Shown here one piece after another: positions 17,195 to 28,025 of a DNA stretch of 64,000 bases. A program made the position numbers and the translations under genes. The DNA is taken from the NCBI GenBank assembly GCA_041676705.1, contig JBAYRL010000002.1, positions 191,993-255,992 on the forward strand, read 5' to 3'. Below the pieces are notes generated by a model. The model was not told the origin of the DNA and ran no database searches. It worked only from the letters and a program-made list of their open reading frames with translations. The stretch's first letter is position 1. Every line of letters starts with the position of its first letter. The stretch is from Acidimicrobiia bacterium (GTDB taxonomy: Bacteria; Actinomycetota; Acidimicrobiia; Acidimicrobiales; SKKL01).

Positions 17195-19021
17195 ATGACT
17201 GCAACTGCACATGACTCTTCGACGAGCGACCCTGCTTTGGCTGATTTGGGTGCCCTTGATGTGGCCTGGGACTTGGAACCGCTACTGCAGGTCGATGAGG
17301 GGGGCAGCGTCGAGAGCCTTCTGTCTAAAGCCGACGCCCTAGCCGATCGCTTAGCAGAAAAACGTGGTTTGGTAGCCACCTTTACCGCCACTGATTTGGC
17401 CGAGTTTATGACGTCCTTAGCCGACCTTCATGATGTTTTGGGTCGGGCCGGCTCGTACGCTGGTTTGCGTTTTGCGGTCGACACTGCCGATGCCGAGGTT
17501 GCTGCCACTATGCAGAAGGTGGAAGAACACTCGGTGGCGGTGAGCACAAAATTGCTGTTCTTCGAACTGGAATGGGCACAGTTAGACGATGCGGCGGCGG
17601 AGCAGCTACTGAGCTCCAATGATTTAGCGTGGTGTGCTCATCATCTACGTTCAATTCGCCGTTACCGCGACCACTTGCTCTCTGAGCCCGAAGAAAGAAT
17701 TCTGGCTGAGAAATCAATCTCCGGTGCTTCAGCTTGGGCACGTCTTTTCTCGGAACAAACCTCGGCCATTGTGGTTGAGTTGCCAAGTGGCCCGGCCAAA
17801 CTTGAAATGGCCCTGTCACTGTTGGCCGACCCCAGTCATCAAATGCGTAGAACCGCCGCCGAAGCGATTACCGAGGCCCTGAATCCGGGTTTACGCACCC
17901 GAGCTTTCATTTACAATACGCTCTTGGCCGACAAAGCCACCGACGATCGGTTGCGTTCGTATCCCACCTGGATAACCAGTCGAAACCTAGCTAATGAAGC
18001 CACCGACGAGTCGGTGCAGGCCCTCGTTGATTCGGTTCAAGCCCGCTACGACATTCCCCAGGCCTGGTATCGGTTGAAGGCCAAAATTTTAGGTGTCGAC
18101 CGCCTGGCCGATTATGACCGAATGGCTTCGGTAGCCGAATCTGAAAGCCAAGTTGGTTGGGCCGAAGCACGCGAATTAGTGCTTGATGCCTACCAGTCTT
18201 TCTCACCTGAAATGGCTGAAATCGCCGAACGTTTCTTTGCCGAGAATTGGATTGACGCCCCGGTGCGAGATGCCAAGCGACCCGGCGCGTTTTGTGCCTA
18301 CACGGTGCCATCACACCACCCGTACCTTATGTTGAACTGGACAGGTCGACGCCGTGATGTGCTTACTTTGGCACATGAGATGGGCCACGGTTTGCATGCC
18401 TATTTGTCACGAGAACAGGGTATTTTTCATCAGTCAACACCGCTAACCTTGGCCGAAACAGCCTCGGTCTTTGGCGAGACCGTGACCTTCGGTCGGCTGC
18501 TAGAGGCCACCACCGACCCTCGAGAGCGACTCGCTCTTCTAGCTGAGAGCATAGAAGGTGCGATCGCCACGGTATTTCGCCAAACCGCCATGAACCGATT
18601 CGAAAATGCCGTTCATCTGGCGCGGCGTGAACAGGGTGAGCTGTCGGTAGATACTTTTGGCCAACATTGGCTTGAAACCCAAGGTGAAATGTTGGGCGAC
18701 GCGGTGGAGCTAAGCCCCGGCTATGCCACCTGGTGGTCATACATCCCACATTTCATTGGGACCCCCGGCTACGTGTACGCCTACGCCTACGGCCAGCTCT
18801 TGGCACTCTCGGTGTACGCCCGCTACGAAACCGAAGGCCACGATTTCGTTTCTCGATATATGGATCTGCTTTCCTCAGGCGGTTCGTTACCACCAGAAGA
18901 GTTGGGCTTGATTGTGGGTGTAGATTTGTCGGACCCCGGCTTTTGGGACGGCGGTTTGGCTATCGTGCAATCACAACTTGAGGCGGCTGAAACGGCGGCC
19001 CATGACGCAGGAGTGCTTTGA
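17195..19021 (+). CDS. pepF: M3-family oligoendopeptidase
   Basis: KRPGAFC, LAHEMGHGLH (HExxH), ETAS, YVYAYAYG. Confidence 0.9.
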   Translation: MTATAHDSSTSDPALADLGALDVAWDLEPLLQVDEGGSVESLLSKADALADRLAEKRGLVATFTATDLAEFMTSLADLHDVLGRAGSYAGLRFAVDTADAEVAATMQKVEEHSVAVSTKLLFFELEWAQLDDAAAEQLLSSNDLAWCAHHLRSIRRYRDHLLSEPEERILAEKSISGASAWARLFSEQTSAIVVELPSGPAKLEMALSLLADPSHQMRRTAAEAITEALNPGLRTRAFIYNTLLADKATDDRLRSYPTWITSRNLANEATDESVQALVDSVQARYDIPQAWYRLKAKILGVDRLADYDRMASVAESESQVGWAEARELVLDAYQSFSPEMAEIAERFFAENWIDAPVRDAKRPGAFCAYTVPSHHPYLMLNWTGRRRDVLTLAHEMGHGLHAYLSREQGIFHQSTPLTLAETASVFGETVTFGRLLEATTDPRERLALLAESIEGAIATVFRQTAMNRFENAVHLARREQGELSVDTFGQHWLETQGEMLGDAVELSPGYATWWSYIPHFIGTPGYVYAYAYGQLLALSVYARYETEGHDFVSRYMDLLSSGGSLPPEELGLIVGVDLSDPGFWDGGLAIVQSQLEAAETAAHDAGVL

Positions 19022-19024
19022 ACG

Positions 19025-20410
19025 ATGATCATTAAGCAACCCAGCCAGTTGGTCGACGAGTTACGCCAAACCTTTCGTTCCGGAAAAACTAGAGCCCTTA
19101 GCTGGCGTAGCGAGCAGCTTTTGGCGCTGAAGCGTATGCTGGTTGATAACGAGCCCATGCTGGCAGCGGCACTAGAGGCCGATCTTGGCAAGTCTCCTAT
19201 CGAGGCTTACACCACTGAAATTGGGTTTTGCCTTAACGAAATCGACCATGCCCTAAAGAACCTGGGGGCCTGGGTCGAGCCTCGCAAGGTGAAGGTTCCC
19301 TTGTCACAACGACCAGGCCGGGCCGAGGTAATTCCCGAACCTCGCGGGGTGACCTTCATCATCGCACCGTGGAATTACCCCCTCCACTTGTTGGTGGCAC
19401 CTTTAACAGCTGCCATCGCGGCTGGGAACACGGTGGTGGCGAAACCCTCAGAATTGTCACCGGCCACTTCAAAGGTTTTAGGTGAGTTAATTCCCAAATA
19501 TCTAGACGACGAAGCAATCGCCTTGGTGGAAGGTGATGCCAGCGTTGCCGAAGCGTTGCTTGAGGTTCGTTTCGACCACATCTTCTTTACCGGAGGCGGA
19601 CGTATCGCCACCAAAGTTTTGGCCGCGGCGGCACCTCACCTGACTCCGGTGACACTTGAGTTGGGTGGGAAATCACCAGCTTTGGTTGATGCCAGTGCCA
19701 ATTTGGCGTCAACTGCTCGCCGGATTGCTTTCGGTCGTTTTCTTAACGCCGGTCAAACCTGTGTGGCACCCGATTATGTGTTGGTGCATCGTTCACAAGA
19801 AGAAGAACTGGTGGGCCTGATCGCCGAAACGGTAGGTCAGTTCTTTGGCGAGAACCCACAAGAATCACCCGACTATGGCCGAATTATCAACGAACACCAC
19901 GCCCGGCGTTTAGCCAATCTTATTGACGAAGGCGGCTGGGACCATTTGGTGATTGGCGGTCAGGTTGATATTGATGATCGCTACATTGCCCCCACCGTTA
20001 TGTCTGGAGTCGACCTGGATTCGGCGGTCATGGCCGATGAGATTTTTGGTCCGATTCTTCCGGTGATCGCCGTTGATTCGATGGATGACGCCATCGATAT
20101 TGTTAACGATCGGCCGCAACCGCTTTCGCTTTACATTTTTTCAGAAGACGACAACATGGTGGAACACATAATCGGTAACACCAGCTCGGGTGGTGTTTGT
20201 GTGAACCACACCTTATTGCAGCTTGGAGTGCCCGATTTACCCTTTGGTGGCGTGGGCCCATCAGGTATGGGTGCCTATCACGGCCAGGCCGGATTCGAAG
20301 AGTTCAGCCACCTAAAGTCAGTGTTTCACAAAGCCTCGAAGCCCGACCCATCAATCATGTATCCCCCGTACAGCAAGCTAAAAACCCGAATCATTCGGGC
20401 GGCGCTATAG
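19025..20410 (+). CDS. NAD(P)-dependent aldehyde dehydrogenase (family 3-like)
   Basis: PWNYP, KPSE, LELGGKSP, NAGQTCVAPDY, EIFGPILP, PFGGVGPSGMGAYHG. Confidence 0.93.
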   Translation: MIIKQPSQLVDELRQTFRSGKTRALSWRSEQLLALKRMLVDNEPMLAAALEADLGKSPIEAYTTEIGFCLNEIDHALKNLGAWVEPRKVKVPLSQRPGRAEVIPEPRGVTFIIAPWNYPLHLLVAPLTAAIAAGNTVVAKPSELSPATSKVLGELIPKYLDDEAIALVEGDASVAEALLEVRFDHIFFTGGGRIATKVLAAAAPHLTPVTLELGGKSPALVDASANLASTARRIAFGRFLNAGQTCVAPDYVLVHRSQEEELVGLIAETVGQFFGENPQESPDYGRIINEHHARRLANLIDEGGWDHLVIGGQVDIDDRYIAPTVMSGVDLDSAVMADEIFGPILPVIAVDSMDDAIDIVNDRPQPLSLYIFSEDDNMVEHIIGNTSSGGVCVNHTLLQLGVPDLPFGGVGPSGMGAYHGQAGFEEFSHLKSVFHKASKPDPSIMYPPYSKLKTRIIRAAL

Positions 20411-20463
20411 CAACTCTTCGGCGTTAATAGCACCACGGGGTTCAAAAGCGTAAGAGGCAGCTA

Positions 20464-21318
20464 ATGGCTCTAGTACCGGCATTACAGGTTCGGGTCCCCG
20501 CAACCGAAGCCGAAATCGTAGCCAGCGTCATGTGGGCGCAGGGGGTTAACGCTATTAGTGAAGAAGCTAGCGACGATGGTCGGGTACTTTTACAGTCCGA
20601 CCTACCCGCCCACGGCGGTACCGAGCTGATAACGGCGCTCGCCAAGAATGGCTGGGAAGCTTCGATAGTTGAAGTCGACGACGGCCAAGACGCCTGGCGC
20701 GACTTCGCACAAGTTGTACGTGCAGGCAAAAACATCGTCGTGTGGCCGCCTTGGGTTGAGCTGGGCGAGGTTAGCCCTAACGACATAGTCATCAGCCTCG
20801 ACCCCAAAGATGCTTGGGGCCATGGCGCCCACCCAACCACAGTGGCTTGTTTAGCCGAGCTCGAACGAATTATGGATGAAGGGCGCGATTCCACAACCGA
20901 CAGTGGTTATAGCCCGCAATCATCGGTTTCCACGGTGTTAGATCTGGGCTGCGGTAGCGGTGCCCTCAGCGTGGCAGCCGCCATGCTGGGTGCCATCCAG
21001 GTTTACGCCATCGACATCGACCCCGCAGCTTTGGAAGCAACCGAAGCCAATGCTTTGGCCAATGGCGTGGCCAGCCGAATCATGGTCGGGGCTAGCACTA
21101 CCGAGGTTCCCCAGGTAGATGTGGTAGTAGCCAACATTGGGGTCCAAACACTGATCGAGATGTCCTCGATCATCAAAGAAGTACTGAAGCCAGGCGGAAC
21201 CCTAATAATCAGTGGCATTTTGAACCCGGCCCCCGAGGTTGTAACAACAGCGTTTCAACCCTTAGCGCTACGGCATGAACGTGTAATTGATAAATGGGTA
21301 AGCCTTACGTTGAGCTAG
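20464..21318 (+). CDS. prmA: Ribosomal protein L11 methyltransferase
   Basis: LDPKDAWGHGAHPTT, VLDLGCGSGALS, AIDIDP, VVANI, IISGIL. Confidence 0.8.
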   Translation: MALVPALQVRVPATEAEIVASVMWAQGVNAISEEASDDGRVLLQSDLPAHGGTELITALAKNGWEASIVEVDDGQDAWRDFAQVVRAGKNIVVWPPWVELGEVSPNDIVISLDPKDAWGHGAHPTTVACLAELERIMDEGRDSTTDSGYSPQSSVSTVLDLGCGSGALSVAAAMLGAIQVYAIDIDPAALEATEANALANGVASRIMVGASTTEVPQVDVVVANIGVQTLIEMSSIIKEVLKPGGTLIISGILNPAPEVVTTAFQPLALRHERVIDKWVSLTLS

Positions 21319-21413
21319 CCAAATAATGTGCCAGCCAAAAAACACGGATCGCTCTTCCCAAACCCAATAGCCCAGTCGCCAGCGGTGGCCCTGCATATAC
21401 GACCGCACCGGTA

Positions 21414-22610
21414 TTAGCGTAAGACTGACTGGTAAAGCGCTACTGTCTGGCGGGCTATTTCCTCCCACGAAAAATGCTCGATCGCCCGTTGGCGACCAGC
21501 TTTACCCATCGCTTGGGCCAAGGCGGGATTAGCCAAAAGCTCGTCAATGGCCTGGGCTATATCGCTGCTGAAACGAGCTGGATCTGCTGGTGATCCATAC
21601 AAATCGTGACCAGCTTCGAAAGGCACCAAAGTGCCGGTTTCACCAGGCACCACAATCTCGGGGATACCGCCAACTGCTGAGGCGACTACCGCCGTCTCAG
21701 CAGCCATGGCCTCAACATTAATTAAGCCAAATGGTTCGTAAATCGATGGACACACGAAGACACTGGCATGGGCCATGAATTGCACCACCCCGGCACGGGG
21801 AAGCATCTCTTCAATCCAGAACACCCCGGGCCGCTGCACTGCCAAACCGGCCACTTTCGACTTGATCAGCGCACCGAGCTCCGCCGTGTCAGGCTGTCCG
21901 GCGAGCAGCACTACCTGGGCGTTGTGTTCAAGCTTGGAAAGTGCGTCCAACAGATAGGTAACACCTTTTTGGTGGGTGATTCGCCCCACAAAAAGTATGT
22001 AGGGAACATCGGGGTCAACACCGAAACGAACCAAATGCTCAACGCCAACCTGTGGTTGATATTCATCGGTGTCTATGCCGTTGTGAATAACCTTCACGCG
22101 TTCCGGGTCGATGGCCGGGTAAGCGCGCAGAATGTCGTTTCGCATGCCCCCCGAAACGGCGATAACCGCAGCCGCCGCTTCTTGCGCAGTTTTTTCGCAC
22201 CACGATGAAACCCGGTAACCGCCACCTAATTGTTCTGCCTTCCAAGGGCGCAACGGCTCGAGACTGTGTGCGGTGCAAATATGGGGAATGTCGTAGAGGA
22301 GTGAGGCCAGGTGCCCGCCCATGTTGGCGTACCAGGTGTGAGAGTGAACAACATCAACACCACCTAGCTCACTAGCCATCGCCAAATCTACCGACAAGGT
22401 TTGAAGCACTGCGGCTTCGGGACGCTCGCTCGCCAAGGCCGACCAAGGCTCATAGTTGGCCTTCACCAACGACGAAGGACGCTGACCCCCAAAGGCGTGT
22501 ACCTCAACGTTGACTAACGAGGCGAGATGTTCCGACAAATACTCGATATGAACCCCGGCGCCACCATAAACTTCCGGCGGATATTCCCGGGTCAATAGGC
22601 CAACACGCAC
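21414..22610 (-). CDS. glgM: Alpha-maltose-1-phosphate synthase (actinobacterial GlgA/GlgM, GT4)
   Basis: LLTREYPPEVYGGAGVH, HSHTWYAN, HSLEPLRPWKAEQLGGGY, VGRITHQKG, EPFGLINVEAMA. Confidence 0.9.
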   Translation of the reverse strand: MRVGLLTREYPPEVYGGAGVHIEYLSEHLASLVNVEVHAFGGQRPSSLVKANYEPWSALASERPEAAVLQTLSVDLAMASELGGVDVVHSHTWYANMGGHLASLLYDIPHICTAHSLEPLRPWKAEQLGGGYRVSSWCEKTAQEAAAAVIAVSGGMRNDILRAYPAIDPERVKVIHNGIDTDEYQPQVGVEHLVRFGVDPDVPYILFVGRITHQKGVTYLLDALSKLEHNAQVVLLAGQPDTAELGALIKSKVAGLAVQRPGVFWIEEMLPRAGVVQFMAHASVFVCPSIYEPFGLINVEAMAAETAVVASAVGGIPEIVVPGETGTLVPFEAGHDLYGSPADPARFSSDIAQAIDELLANPALAQAMGKAGRQRAIEHFSWEEIARQTVALYQSVLR

Positions 22611-22625
22611 TAGCTCGGACCGCCC

Positions 22626-23864
22626 CTAAACTGGTGGAATCGGATGGAACTTGCCAATGGCCACGATTCCTTCTTCCGAGATTGTGAAATGTTCGGCATC
22701 AACCTTGGGGTCAACACCAATCTCCATTCCAGGTGGGATGCGGGTGCCCTTATCGATAATAGCTCGACGTACAATGGCCCCGGCCCCGATCTGCACATCA
22801 TGCATAATGACCGCGTCTTCGACCAAGGCCCCTGCTTCAACACGCACGTTTGGGGAAATCACACTGCGGCGTACCGTTCCACCCGAAACAATGGCACCTG
22901 AACAAACAATAGAGTTAATGGCTTGGCCGGTACGCCCTTCACCATCGAGCACGAATTTGGCTGGGGGCAGCGAGCCTGTGGAGGTTAGAATGGGCCATTC
23001 CCAGTTGTAAAGGTTGAACACTGGGTGAACATCGACCAAGTCCATATGGGAAGCGTGGAATGCGTCGAGCGTTCCTACATCACGCCAATAACCGTGGTCG
23101 CGCTCGGTGGTGCCAGGTACCCAGTTATGGGTGAAGTCGTAAGCATGAGCAACGCCCTCATTTACCAGAGCGGGAATAATGTTACCGCCGATGTCGTGGG
23201 TGGAACTGGGGTCTACGGCATCGTTGCTCAACGCTTCAATCAAGGTCTCAGTTGAAAACACGTAGTTACCCATCGAGGCCAACACCTGGGTTGGGTCATC
23301 GGCTAGACCAATGGCGTCGGTGGGCTTTTCACGGAACTCTTGAATTTTTGATCCTTGGCCAACCTCAACAACTCCGAACTGGTCAGCTTCTTCAATCGGT
23401 ACTCGAATTGCAGCCACGGTAACGCCAGCCCCTGAGGCAGTGTGGGCGTCGAGCATTTGTCTAGGGTCCATGCGATAGATGTGGTCGGCACCAAAAACCA
23501 AAATGTGACTGGGTTTCGCGTCGTGGATCAGGTTCATATTCTGGAATATGGCATCGGCTGAACCGGCAAACCAGTACGGGCCTCGCCTCATTTGGGCGGG
23601 CACAGTAGCTACATAGTCATCTAATAATTGAGAAAACCGCCAGGTTCTCGAAATGTGCACGTCTAGGCTGTGGCTCTTGTATTGGGTGAGCACAATAATG
23701 CGTCGATAGCCAGCATTCACCAGATTAGAGAGCGCAAAATCAATCAGTCGATAATGACCTCCGTAAGGAACGGCAGGCTTAGCGCGATCGAGCGTCAAGG
23801 GTGCCAGGCGTTTACCTTCGCCACCAGCCAGAACGATGCACAGGACTCGAGATGGATCATGCAT
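22626..23864 (-). CDS. glgC: Glucose-1-phosphate adenylyltransferase
   Basis: [43 protein letters not shown]-terminal beta-helix. Confidence 0.97.
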   Translation of the reverse strand: MHDPSRVLCIVLAGGEGKRLAPLTLDRAKPAVPYGGHYRLIDFALSNLVNAGYRRIIVLTQYKSHSLDVHISRTWRFSQLLDDYVATVPAQMRRGPYWFAGSADAIFQNMNLIHDAKPSHILVFGADHIYRMDPRQMLDAHTASGAGVTVAAIRVPIEEADQFGVVEVGQGSKIQEFREKPTDAIGLADDPTQVLASMGNYVFSTETLIEALSNDAVDPSSTHDIGGNIIPALVNEGVAHAYDFTHNWVPGTTERDHGYWRDVGTLDAFHASHMDLVDVHPVFNLYNWEWPILTSTGSLPPAKFVLDGEGRTGQAINSIVCSGAIVSGGTVRRSVISPNVRVEAGALVEDAVIMHDVQIGAGAIVRRAIIDKGTRIPPGMEIGVDPKVDAEHFTISEEGIVAIGKFHPIPPV

Positions 23865-23901
23865 TGGTACTCATCCTAATACCTTGCCGTACACTCGGGA
23901 T

Positions 23902-26034
23902 GTGAAGACGCTGCCAGGACAGTCGACACCGCTAGGCGCTACCTACGACGGGGCAGGCACAAATTTTGCTCTATTCAGCGAAGGTGCTGAACGTGTGGAG
24001 TTATGCCTATTCGATGAACGCGGGGTAGAAAGCAGAATTGAGCTCACCACGGTGACCGATTTTGTTTATCACGGCTACTTACGGGATGTTCACCCAGGTC
24101 AGCGTTATGGTTTTCGCGTTTACGGACCATGGAATCCGGCCAATGGCCAGCGCTTCAACCCAGCCAAGCTGTTGCTGGACCCATACGCCAAAGCCATTGA
24201 CGGCGAACTACACTGGGTACCAGCCACCTACGATCATCGCCTCGACCAGTCGATCTACAGTCAAGACACCACTGATTCCGCCCCTTTTGTGCCTCGATCG
24301 GTGGTTGTTTCACCCTGGTTTGACTGGAAAAACGATTCCAGACCCAACATCGACCTAGCAGACACCATTATTTATGAGGCCCACCTCAAAGGATTAACGC
24401 AGCTTCATCCCGATATTGAGCCGGAGCTTCGGGGAACTTACCGGGGCATGGCCGAACCGGCCATTCTCGACTATCTAGTAGACCTGGGCGTTAACGCCAT
24501 TGAGTTGTTGCCAGTCCACCACTTTGTGCACGATCATCGCCTAGCCGAACTGGGCTTGCGAAACTATTGGGGCTACAACACCATCGGATTCTTCGCACCT
24601 CACCGCGGCTACGCTTCAAGCAGCACCCGGGGCGCTGCTGTGTATGAGTTCAAAGAAATGGTCCGGGCGTTACACGATGCTGGTATCGAGGTGATCCTAG
24701 ATGTGGTGTACAACCACACCGCCGAAGGCAATCACCTAGGTCCAACGCTTTCTTTTAAAGGCATCGACAACGAAACCTATTACCGGCTGCAGCCCGATGA
24801 CCCTTCTCTCTATTTGGATTTTACCGGTACTGGCAACAGCTTTAATGCCCAGCACCCCCAGACGTTGCGACTGATCATGGATTCACTGCGTTATTGGTAT
24901 TCCGAGATGCGGGTGGATGGTTTCCGCTTTGATCTGGCCCCGGTTTTGGCCCGAGAGGAATACTACGTTGATCGCTTCTCGGGTTTCTTAGACGCTGTTC
25001 ATCAAGACCCGGCCTTAGCGGATGCCAAGATAATCGCTGAACCTTGGGACTTAGGCGAAGGTGGCTATCAACTCGGCAACTTTCCCAATGGCTGGTCAGA
25101 ATGGAACGGTCGCTACCGCGATATCACACGAGACTATTGGCGTGGCCAACCCGGAACCTTGGCTGAGTTCGCCTCGCGTTTCACCGGCAGCGCCGACATT
25201 TATCAGGCCCGGGGCCGTCAACCCCAAGCGTCGGTGAATTTTGTGACCGTGCACGACGGATTCACCCTGGTCGATCTCGTTAGCTACGAACAAAAACACA
25301 ACGATGCTAACGGCGAAGGAAACGAAGACGGCACCAACGACAATCGCTCTTGGAATTGCGGCATTGAAGGCCCAAGCGATGACCCGATCGTCAGCGAACT
25401 CCGCAACCGTCAGCGCCGCAATTTTCTAACCACCTTGCTGCTCTCACAGGGAGTTCCATTACTGCTCGCGGGCGACGAGCTAGGTCGCAGCCAAGGGGGC
25501 AATAACAACGCCTATTGCCAAGATAACCGTACGTCTTGGGTTGATTGGTTGGGCAAAGACCAAGAGACTTTCGAGTTTGTGAAACTATTGATGGCGTTGC
25601 GTAAAGAGCATCCCACTTTCCGTCGCCGTCAACATTTCACCGGTCACGCGGCCAGTCGTGCTCAATCACCAGATATTGCCTGGTTCACCCCTGCGGGCAC
25701 AGTGATGAACGAAGCTGATTGGCATGATGAAGGTGCCCGGTCACTCATGGTTTACATGAACGGACTCGCCATTGTGGATCGCGACCGTCGTGGCGAGCTC
25801 ATCACTGACGACAGTTTTTTTGTGTTGTTTAACGCCAGCGGCGACGAAGTGAGCTTCTCGATACCCAAGATTTCTTGGCCAACAACCTGGGAACTGGTGT
25901 TGGACACCGCCGATCTGGCTTCACCGTTAGTAGCCCTTGAGGGAAATCTCCAATATGAAGCTGGCAGTAATCTCCATTTAGTTGGTCACTCGCTGGTGCT
26001 GCTGCGACAAGCCAACTCGTCGACCAAACCCTAA
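23902..26034 (+). CDS. glgX: Glycogen debranching enzyme
   Basis: PLGATYDG, NYWGYNT, DVVYNHTAEG, DGFRFDL, AEPWD, VHDGF. GTG start at 23902 chosen to avoid overlap with glgC. Confidence 0.96.
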   Translation: MKTLPGQSTPLGATYDGAGTNFALFSEGAERVELCLFDERGVESRIELTTVTDFVYHGYLRDVHPGQRYGFRVYGPWNPANGQRFNPAKLLLDPYAKAIDGELHWVPATYDHRLDQSIYSQDTTDSAPFVPRSVVVSPWFDWKNDSRPNIDLADTIIYEAHLKGLTQLHPDIEPELRGTYRGMAEPAILDYLVDLGVNAIELLPVHHFVHDHRLAELGLRNYWGYNTIGFFAPHRGYASSSTRGAAVYEFKEMVRALHDAGIEVILDVVYNHTAEGNHLGPTLSFKGIDNETYYRLQPDDPSLYLDFTGTGNSFNAQHPQTLRLIMDSLRYWYSEMRVDGFRFDLAPVLAREEYYVDRFSGFLDAVHQDPALADAKIIAEPWDLGEGGYQLGNFPNGWSEWNGRYRDITRDYWRGQPGTLAEFASRFTGSADIYQARGRQPQASVNFVTVHDGFTLVDLVSYEQKHNDANGEGNEDGTNDNRSWNCGIEGPSDDPIVSELRNRQRRNFLTTLLLSQGVPLLLAGDELGRSQGGNNNAYCQDNRTSWVDWLGKDQETFEFVKLLMALRKEHPTFRRRQHFTGHAASRAQSPDIAWFTPAGTVMNEADWHDEGARSLMVYMNGLAIVDRDRRGELITDDSFFVLFNASGDEVSFSIPKISWPTTWELVLDTADLASPLVALEGNLQYEAGSNLHLVGHSLVLLRQANSSTKP

Positions 26035-26123
26035 GTACGCTGGAAGTGTTCAACTCAACTTTGGCACCGCGGAACGTGAAGCGCTGGCATTAATACCGAT
26101 TCTGAACCGGTCGCTCGAAACAG

Positions 26124-28025
26124 TTACACGGCCTTCATCGGAAGCTTCGAACCGGGCGATAGCAACACGGCGGCTAAAGGGGGCAAGGTAAGCACCACCG
26201 ATTGGTAATAATCGTGACTGGGGATAGGAACCGAGTCGACACCACCCATATTGCCCACGCCGCTACCCCCATAAAGCTCGGAGTCGGTGTTGAGCAATTC
26301 AGCCCAATAGCCAGCCTTGGGTACCCCTAAACGGTAGTTCGAGCGAATAACAGGGGTCAGATTAAAGACCGCTAACACTGGCTCTCCGTCACGACCCAAA
26401 CGCAGGAAGGCCAACACATCAAAGTTAGTATCGTTGGCTTCGACCCACCGAAAGCCGTCGCCTACGCAGTCTTTAGAGTGCAAGGCGTCTTGTTCAAAAT
26501 AGGTTTGGTTCAAATCGCTGATAAGCCGGGCTAAACCATCATGTTTGGCATCATCTAACAAGCCCCAATTAACGGTACTTTCGTGGTTCCATTCACTGGT
26601 CTCACCAATCTCTCCGCCCATAAACAGCAGCTTTTTGCCGGGCTGAGACCACTGGTAGGCATACAGCATGCGCAGGTTGGCAAACTTTTGCCATCGATCA
26701 CCCGGCATTTTGTTTAATAGCGAGCCTTTGCCGTGCACCACCTCGTCGTGAGAAAGCGGCAGCGTGTAATTCTCACTATCAAAGTACACACCTCGGAAGG
26801 TGAGCTCGTGGTAGTGGTATTGGCGATGGATTGGTTCCCGTTCAAAATGTTTGAGCGTGTCATGCATCCAGCCCATGTCCCACTTGTAACCAAAACCCAA
26901 CCCGCCGGTATAGGTAGGCCGCGAAACCATGGGCCAAGCCGTAGATTCTTCGGCGAAGGTGGCTACATCGGGAAATTCCCCGTAAATGGCGGTGTTTAAC
27001 TCACGCAAGAACGCAATCGCGTCGAGGTTTTCTCGACCCCCAAACTCGTTCGGAATCCATTCTCCTTCTGAACGCGAGTAATCGAGGTAAAGCATTGACG
27101 CCACAGCGTCAACTCGAATGCCATCGACGTGATAGCGATCTAGCCAACACATGGCACTGGATATCAGAAACGATCGGACTTCATGCCGGCCATAGTTGAA
27201 AATCAGGCTGTCCCAATCGGGGTGATGACCCAAACGGGGATCGGAATGTTCATAAAGATGGCTTCCGTCGAAACGACCTAAACCATGGGCGTCATCAGGA
27301 AAATGTGAAGGCACCCAGTCGATGATCACTCCAAAGCCACGTTGATGCAGATAATCGACCAAGGCCATAAAATCTTGGGGCGTGCCGTAGCGGCTGGTAG
27401 GAGCGAAGTAACCCGTGGTTTGATATCCCCACGAGCCGTAGAACGGATGCTCGGTTACCGGCAACAGTTCTACGTGGGTGAAGCGAAAACGGTCCAGATG
27501 ATCAGCTAACGGTTTAGCCAGCTCACGATAGGTGGGGAAACGTCGATCTTTGGGTTGAAACCGTCCCCAGGAACCCAAATGCATTTCGTAAATCGAAACT
27601 GGAGCTTCAAGCGAAATGGTGTCGGCCCGTTTTGTTAACCAATCGGCATCGTTCCATTGGTAGTCAAGATCCCAAACTATTGAGGCTGTGCGGGGAGCTT
27701 CTTCAGCATAAACGGCCAGAGGATCAGCTTTTTCCAACACCTGGCCGTTCGACGCGACAATTGAAAACTTATAGGCGTCACCGTGTTGAACTGCTGGCAC
27801 AAATCCTTGCCAAATTCCCGAGGAGCCGAGCGGCGAAAGAGCGTTGCGATTGCCATGCCAGCCGTTGAAGTCTCCAATTACAGAAACCGATTGAGCGCTC
27901 GGTGCCCATACCCCGAACCAAGTCCCGGCCACTCCGTTTTGGGTTGCCAGATGTGCGCCCAGGTGGCGGTGCAAAAAGCGCTGCGTACCTTCGTTAAACA
28001 GATAGGTGTCGTCTTCGCTAATCAC
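26124..28025 (-). CDS. glgB: 1,4-alpha-glucan branching enzyme
   Basis: [44 protein letters not shown]. Confidence 0.96.
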   Translation of the reverse strand: MISEDDTYLFNEGTQRFLHRHLGAHLATQNGVAGTWFGVWAPSAQSVSVIGDFNGWHGNRNALSPLGSSGIWQGFVPAVQHGDAYKFSIVASNGQVLEKADPLAVYAEEAPRTASIVWDLDYQWNDADWLTKRADTISLEAPVSIYEMHLGSWGRFQPKDRRFPTYRELAKPLADHLDRFRFTHVELLPVTEHPFYGSWGYQTTGYFAPTSRYGTPQDFMALVDYLHQRGFGVIIDWVPSHFPDDAHGLGRFDGSHLYEHSDPRLGHHPDWDSLIFNYGRHEVRSFLISSAMCWLDRYHVDGIRVDAVASMLYLDYSRSEGEWIPNEFGGRENLDAIAFLRELNTAIYGEFPDVATFAEESTAWPMVSRPTYTGGLGFGYKWDMGWMHDTLKHFEREPIHRQYHYHELTFRGVYFDSENYTLPLSHDEVVHGKGSLLNKMPGDRWQKFANLRMLYAYQWSQPGKKLLFMGGEIGETSEWNHESTVNWGLLDDAKHDGLARLISDLNQTYFEQDALHSKDCVGDGFRWVEANDTNFDVLAFLRLGRDGEPVLAVFNLTPVIRSNYRLGVPKAGYWAELLNTDSELYGGSGVGNMGGVDSVPIPSHDYYQSVVLTLPPLAAVLLSPGSKLPMKAV